In this document: positions 59,414 to 64,000 of the stretch, piece by piece
How the letters are laid out: each line of letters starts with the position of its first letter
Numbering within the stretch: position 1 is the stretch's first letter
Source: Cyanobacteria bacterium P01_F01_bin.150
GTDB lineage: Bacteria > Cyanobacteriota > Cyanobacteriia > CAKZMO01
DNA: 64,000 nt
NCBI GenBank assembly: GCA_039189765.1
Contig: JBCCYL010000012.1
Coordinates: forward strand, 42,798-106,797
Reading direction: 5' to 3'
Position numbers and translations under genes: made by a program
The notes under the pieces: generated by a model
What the model was told of the DNA's origin: nothing
The model's input: only the letters and a program-made list of their open reading frames with translations
Databases searched by the model: none

Positions 59414-62400
59414 ATGACCGTCCCATACAATTTTGGATTTAGTGCAAACAGCAATCTAATCTTGACTGACTCAAGCCTATCCAAGCTCGAAGATTCCGTT
59501 ACTTTTATCGACGCTTCAGGGATAACCTGGACCTGCTTCGCCCGAAATATTGGTGGGAGCCAGCAACTGTCCTTGCTGCAAATTTCAGGCACTGATGGAA
59601 TAATTGACGATGCATCATTAATACAATCCAGAAACACAATAAACATCGGCCTTCCTAACGGATGCATCACTCTTGATCATTTCGTTGCCAACAATGGAGT
59701 CCACTGGATTGTGGCAGGAAGGAACAATGGAGGTTCGCTTTACCTAGCGCAAATTTCAGGCACTGCCGGGGTTGTCGATGACCAGGGGACGATTAATGCA
59801 TATGCTCAAATTGCTAAAGATGTTTCGATTGGCAATAATGTATCGAAGGTGAAAGCGTTTCAAGACTCCTCAGGAATCCGTTGGCTTTTTGCGGGTGGGC
59901 GCAATAGTGGAGTAGTTGCTCTACTGCAAATTTCAGGCACTGCCGGAGTTGTCGATGACCAAGCAACAATTGACACTTATCCTCTAATAACAAGAGACAT
60001 TGGAGTTAGCAGCATTTATTCCGGAGATCATTTTGTTGCCAGCAATGGAATTCACTGGATTTCCCTAGCTACCTTCACAGGGCACGTTGTCACTCTACTG
60101 CAAATTTCAGGCGCTGACGGAATCATTGACGATCAAGTAACAATTGACACTTATCCTCTAATAACAAAAGCAATTTTAACAACAACAGACATTAGCGCTT
60201 TTCAGGACGCGTCAGGCACGTATTACATCGTAACCTGTAGTTTTGCGAACTCAAACGCAATTTCAATATTTCCGATCTCAGGCACTGACGGAATCGTTGA
60301 TGACCAGGTAACAATTGACACTTATGCAGTGCTCACTATCAACACCGGGCAAACAGCCTCAATAAACTCTATCCAGTCGGATAGAGGATTTGTCTATCTA
60401 AATTATGCGGGAAGAAGCTCCGGCATCATGGCGATACAAAGAGTTTCGGATGCTTCTGGCGTAATGCCAACTTCCCAGGCCCAGTTAGATACTGTCGCAG
60501 GAGTCCAGCAAGCCGTCACAATTCTGGACGAAGGGGTGGTGAGAGAAGCCGATACTAGACAGTTTCAAACAGCCGAGTCTAAGCGATTAGCGGTTACCAC
60601 CACTGCGGGGACATATTATTTGCATGACATATCGTTTGTCGATGATCCGCGAACGATTAACAATATTTTGTCTGAGCCTATTTCGAGCATTACAGAGAGC
60701 TTGTTGGTAGCAAATAATAGCGCTCAAGTCCCTGGCACTCTAAATTACTTCAGCCTTGACATCGGGATTTCAACAAACGAGTATTCGTTTGATTTTCTGT
60801 ACACGAGAGATGAGGCGGACTCAGGGACTCTGGGCAGTGGATCTACAATTGATTTCATCAACATAACAAGCGACATCACCAACTCATCAGGCATAACAGT
60901 AGCGAGTGGAGCAACAATCAGGCTGGGCAAAAAGGCGGGACCCTTCGCAATTGATTTCACATTCCAAAGCGGATCAACTTTGGAGGTTTACCCAGACAGC
61001 GATCGAGGCGGAGCGCCGCTAGACCTGAGCAACCACACATTTAACAGTGGCACTACTATCAACGTGACCAGTGGCACGGCTAACGTAACGGTTGGCTCTG
61101 GCCAGTCTGGCAATATCACAGCAGGTGCGGGAGTGGCAGTATCGGGGCCACAAGTTTCGTTAGCAATACCGAACGCAGAGGATGGGGTTAGGGTTCAGAT
61201 TAGCAGGCTTGACACGATCAGCTTCAACGCTACAGACATAAGCACAACGACCAATCAAATCACCCTAACTGGCAATAATTTCTCTGCCGCATCATTCCCA
61301 ACCCTGGTAAGAATAGCATTTGAAGGTGATGCGACTATTCCGACTTCCACTCCTCAGATAGTTGATGGGGGGCTGTATTTTGTTACTGCTGTTAGCGCTG
61401 ATCTGGTGACTCTTAGCACAACAGAAGGCGGAACTACTATCAGTTTTAGCGATCAAGGTGTAGATGGTGCGGCTCGATTGGCGATCGCATCTGGATTCAC
61501 AGAGCTAGACGATTCTATTGTTGCTGGTGGTTCTGGCTATTCCGCCTCATTTTCACTGCCAAACGGGACACCGATTCTAGTTAAAGCTGCGCATTGGTCT
61601 AGCTCTGGCGGTATTGCTTCAGCCTCAGAATTTTTTCAAACTACGGTTGCATGGAGTACTGCCGCAGGGGCGACTATAGTAGATGCGATCGGCATCTCTT
61701 CCATGTCAGATACTATTCACAATCAAATCGCTTCCCTGTCTTCTATCGCGTTATCGTCTGAAGTGATTGACGCCAACGGCAACGCCGTCAGCTCGATTAA
61801 CCCGGTTTCGGATGGCTCCACCGTAACGGGAGTCAACATTATTTTGGAAGGCGTTGGCCGTGTCCAAGTCAACGCCAACGATTCCGACGGGATACTTGCA
61901 GTGGTTGATTTGTATATGTTTGCGGCTTATTTTCGCGCAACGGAGGCAGGCATAAGAATAGTATTTGGGGGTTCGGATGCTTCTGTGATCGCAACTGACA
62001 TTTTTAATATAATCACCAATAATATTCAGTTTGATAACACAAACATGACAGTACCCTTATCGCTCGTAGGGGCAATACTGCGAGACGGGAAAGGGCGATC
62101 ACTAGTTGCCCCTGGCTCTAACTCGATCGCGTTCAACGTGGCCACTACTGGGACAGGAGCAGTAGTAGAAACCGGGACCAGTGGCTTAACCTCTGGAGAA
62201 TCGAATATTCTGTCAAATCTCGACACTCGCACCACACGAGTAGACGCCCTGATTGAAGATAGTTCAGGCGACCGATTTACAGCCAAAGCCCTTGAAGCTG
62301 GGCCATCTGGCGGCGGAAGCGGCGGAGATGCTTCCGCCGCCAACCAGACCACAATAATCAATGCTCTCGCAGACATTCCTACAACGACCGAGTTTGTGGC

Positions 62401-63283
62401 TAGGACCCTACCCGCTGCCGATTATTTCGATGCAGCTAGTGACATTGTGGCGCGTGTCACTCTGGTTGATACTACAACGACAAATACTGACATGCGTGGA
62501 ACTGATGGGGCCAACACCGTAGTCCCTGATAATGCAGGCATTGCCGCAATCCCCACCAACCCACTTCTGACGACCGACACGCGCCTAAACAATTTAGATG
62601 CAGCGGTAAGCAGTCGTTCGTCTTTTGACCCTAGCTCTGACACCGTCGCCAGAGTAACCCTAGTCGATACTACGACGGTTAATACTGACATGAGAGGAAC
62701 AGATGCGGCCAACACTGTAACGCCCGACAACGCCAGCATTGCCGCTATCCTGATTGATACTGGAACAGATATTCCAAATGCGATCGCATCTATTCCCACC
62801 AATCCTTTGCTGACCACAGACACCAGACTAAACAACTTAGACGCTGCCATCTCAAGTCGCTCTAGCCATCCAGAGCCTGATTTATCCAACTTAGATGTGG
62901 CTGTCTCATCTCGTTCTACGTTTAACCCCATATCAGACAGCGTAATCGCTGCCAACATGAGGGGGACCGACGGGGCGTTGACTGATCTGCCAGCAGCAAT
63001 CCCAGCTACATGGGTGACGGATATCCAAAGCGGACTAGGGACCGAAGCAAAGCAGGACACAATTATTGCCAACATTGCGGCACTTACATCAAGCGATGCA
63101 ACTCTAGCCAATCAAACAGCAATCCTAACAATAGTGGAACGAGTGCAAGGCAAGCTTGGCTTTGACCCAGCAAGGCCCATGGTCTCCACTGACAATGAGG
63201 GGACAGGCGATCGCATCGAATGGAATGGAGAGGTGACTGAAGTGAATACCGTCGGCAATATTAGAACCTACGCATCCCTATAA
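59414..63283 (+). CDS. Large repeat-containing virion protein (fibre/adhesin-like)
   Basis: 1,289 aa, T/S/G/A-rich, with five ~58-aa N-terminal repeats and duplicated C-terminal blocks. Confidence 0.75.
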   Translation: MTVPYNFGFSANSNLILTDSSLSKLEDSVTFIDASGITWTCFARNIGGSQQLSLLQISGTDGIIDDASLIQSRNTINIGLPNGCITLDHFVANNGVHWIVAGRNNGGSLYLAQISGTAGVVDDQGTINAYAQIAKDVSIGNNVSKVKAFQDSSGIRWLFAGGRNSGVVALLQISGTAGVVDDQATIDTYPLITRDIGVSSIYSGDHFVASNGIHWISLATFTGHVVTLLQISGADGIIDDQVTIDTYPLITKAILTTTDISAFQDASGTYYIVTCSFANSNAISIFPISGTDGIVDDQVTIDTYAVLTINTGQTASINSIQSDRGFVYLNYAGRSSGIMAIQRVSDASGVMPTSQAQLDTVAGVQQAVTILDEGVVREADTRQFQTAESKRLAVTTTAGTYYLHDISFVDDPRTINNILSEPISSITESLLVANNSAQVPGTLNYFSLDIGISTNEYSFDFLYTRDEADSGTLGSGSTIDFINITSDITNSSGITVASGATIRLGKKAGPFAIDFTFQSGSTLEVYPDSDRGGAPLDLSNHTFNSGTTINVTSGTANVTVGSGQSGNITAGAGVAVSGPQVSLAIPNAEDGVRVQISRLDTISFNATDISTTTNQITLTGNNFSAASFPTLVRIAFEGDATIPTSTPQIVDGGLYFVTAVSADLVTLSTTEGGTTISFSDQGVDGAARLAIASGFTELDDSIVAGGSGYSASFSLPNGTPILVKAAHWSSSGGIASASEFFQTTVAWSTAAGATIVDAIGISSMSDTIHNQIASLSSIALSSEVIDANGNAVSSINPVSDGSTVTGVNIILEGVGRVQVNANDSDGILAVVDLYMFAAYFRATEAGIRIVFGGSDASVIATDIFNIITNNIQFDNTNMTVPLSLVGAILRDGKGRSLVAPGSNSIAFNVATTGTGAVVETGTSGLTSGESNILSNLDTRTTRVDALIEDSSGDRFTAKALEAGPSGGGSGGDASAANQTTIINALADIPTTTEFVARTLPAADYFDAASDIVARVTLVDTTTTNTDMRGTDGANTVVPDNAGIAAIPTNPLLTTDTRLNNLDAAVSSRSSFDPSSDTVARVTLVDTTTVNTDMRGTDAANTVTPDNASIAAILIDTGTDIPNAIASIPTNPLLTTDTRLNNLDAAISSRSSHPEPDLSNLDVAVSSRSTFNPISDSVIAANMRGTDGALTDLPAAIPATWVTDIQSGLGTEAKQDTIIANIAALTSSDATLANQTAILTIVERVQGKLGFDPARPMVSTDNEGTGDRIEWNGEVTEVNTVGNIRTYASL

Positions 63284-63284
63284 A

Positions 63285-63581
63285 ATGGTTTTTCCTTCCA
63301 TCCATCAAACAACTGACAGAGGTATCTTTACTGGGGTTCATTTATACCCCACAGGCTTTTTCTTAGGCGAAATCATCGTCTACACCGAAAAGCCTTGCAT
63401 CACCATGCAAATGGGCCTCACCCCCAACGGACTAACAAGCATCGGCATTGCCCCCAGCGCAACAACAGTACTTTTGGTCATCCCTGTCGCAGCAACAGCC
63501 TTGGGCGATCTCCCCATAGTATCTACAGATCTGGGAATCGTTCCAATAGCCAGCAGTGAATACGATGAGTGTGACCATTGA
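63285..63581 (+). CDS. Hypothetical virion-associated protein
   Basis: Co-oriented downstream ORF. Confidence 0.5.
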   Translation: MVFPSIHQTTDRGIFTGVHLYPTGFFLGEIIVYTEKPCITMQMGLTPNGLTSIGIAPSATTVLLVIPVAATALGDLPIVSTDLGIVPIASSEYDECDH

Positions 63582-63964
63582 GTACTCTAAACGGCGCAAC
63601 CCTTACACAAGGGGCAACACAACCATTTACGCTTACCCTAAACAATCCAACAGCGGATCATCCCCTCAATCCTAGCGGGTTCAATACTGCCAACTATCAA
63701 TTGTGTTTTATTGCCAAGCAATCTGTTTTTGATGCCGACAATGGCGTAACAGTCATCAATCTAGCGAATTCACGCTTCACAGCTAGTTCTGATGGCCTGA
63801 CAGCAGAATACTCATTGCAGCCCAGCGACACGAACACGATCGCTATCAATAGAGATACTACGTACACCTACGAAATATGGATAGAAGATTCCACCGCTCC
63901 AACACTCCGAGCATATCCAATTGAAAATGGGTCATTCACCCTCAAGAAATCGGTTAAAGACTAG
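63578..63964 (+). CDS. BppU-N-like beta-sandwich structural protein
   Basis: QGATQPFTLTL...LQPSDT...YTYEIWI...GSFTL. Confidence 0.65.
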   Translation: MSTLNGATLTQGATQPFTLTLNNPTADHPLNPSGFNTANYQLCFIAKQSVFDADNGVTVINLANSRFTASSDGLTAEYSLQPSDTNTIAINRDTTYTYEIWIEDSTAPTLRAYPIENGSFTLKKSVKD

Positions 63965-64000
63965 AAACCTAAATTCGCAGTAGAGTGACTCGGGCACTGC

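Larger units (their letters stand above)
1..64000. mobile_element. Cyanobacterial siphovirus-like phage/prophage, partial (ends not visible)
   Basis: Terminase, portal, capsid, tail tube, tape measure and lysins are all present. HIP1 GCGATCGC recurs throughout (e.g. 923-930, 1329-1336, 2495-2502). No host housekeeping genes. Confidence 0.93.

Noticed and set aside
1..64000. CRISPR array, tRNA, rRNA, integrase or reverse transcriptase
   Set aside because: I saw no regularly spaced repeat-spacer array, cloverleaf or matching protein motifs by eye. A tRNAscan or CRISPR search would be needed to exclude them fully.

Overview
The window is part of a large siphovirus-type phage or prophage genome from a cyanobacterial host. 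The HIP1 octamer GCGATCGC recurs throughout, and no host genes, integrase or att site are visible. The virion gene set is nearly complete: small and large terminase, DUF1073-type portal, Mu gpF-like head protein, DUF2213-type protease/scaffold, decoration protein, DUF2184-type major capsid, head-tail proteins, tail tube, chaperone with a lambda-type -1 frameshift, a ~2,516-aa tape measure, and tail-tip or fibre proteins. These genes are scattered as short units on both strands. Most units have a GGGAA(T/C) box upstream, which fits a phage-encoded SigF/SigB-like sigma factor. Accessory content includes (i) an operon with an FtsK/TraB-like ATPase, several small membrane proteins and an M23-lysozyme fusion, resembling a DNA-transfer or spreading module; (ii) an apparently intact GGDEF-EAL c-di-GMP enzyme inside the lysis region; (iii) a type II hammerhead ribozyme after a PcfJ-like gene; (iv) a 421-bp structured, transposase-less insertion with a duplicated CT core that splits a thermonuclease gene and carries an internal copy of its own target flank; (v) two cassettes with palindrome-embedded promoters and a shared N-terminal domain; (vi) a portal with cargo domains separated by R-x-D linkers; and (vii) an alpha/beta-hydrolase domain inside the tape measure. 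Several broken accessory genes suggest a prophage in early decay. All family assignments come from motif recognition by eye; no database searches were run.
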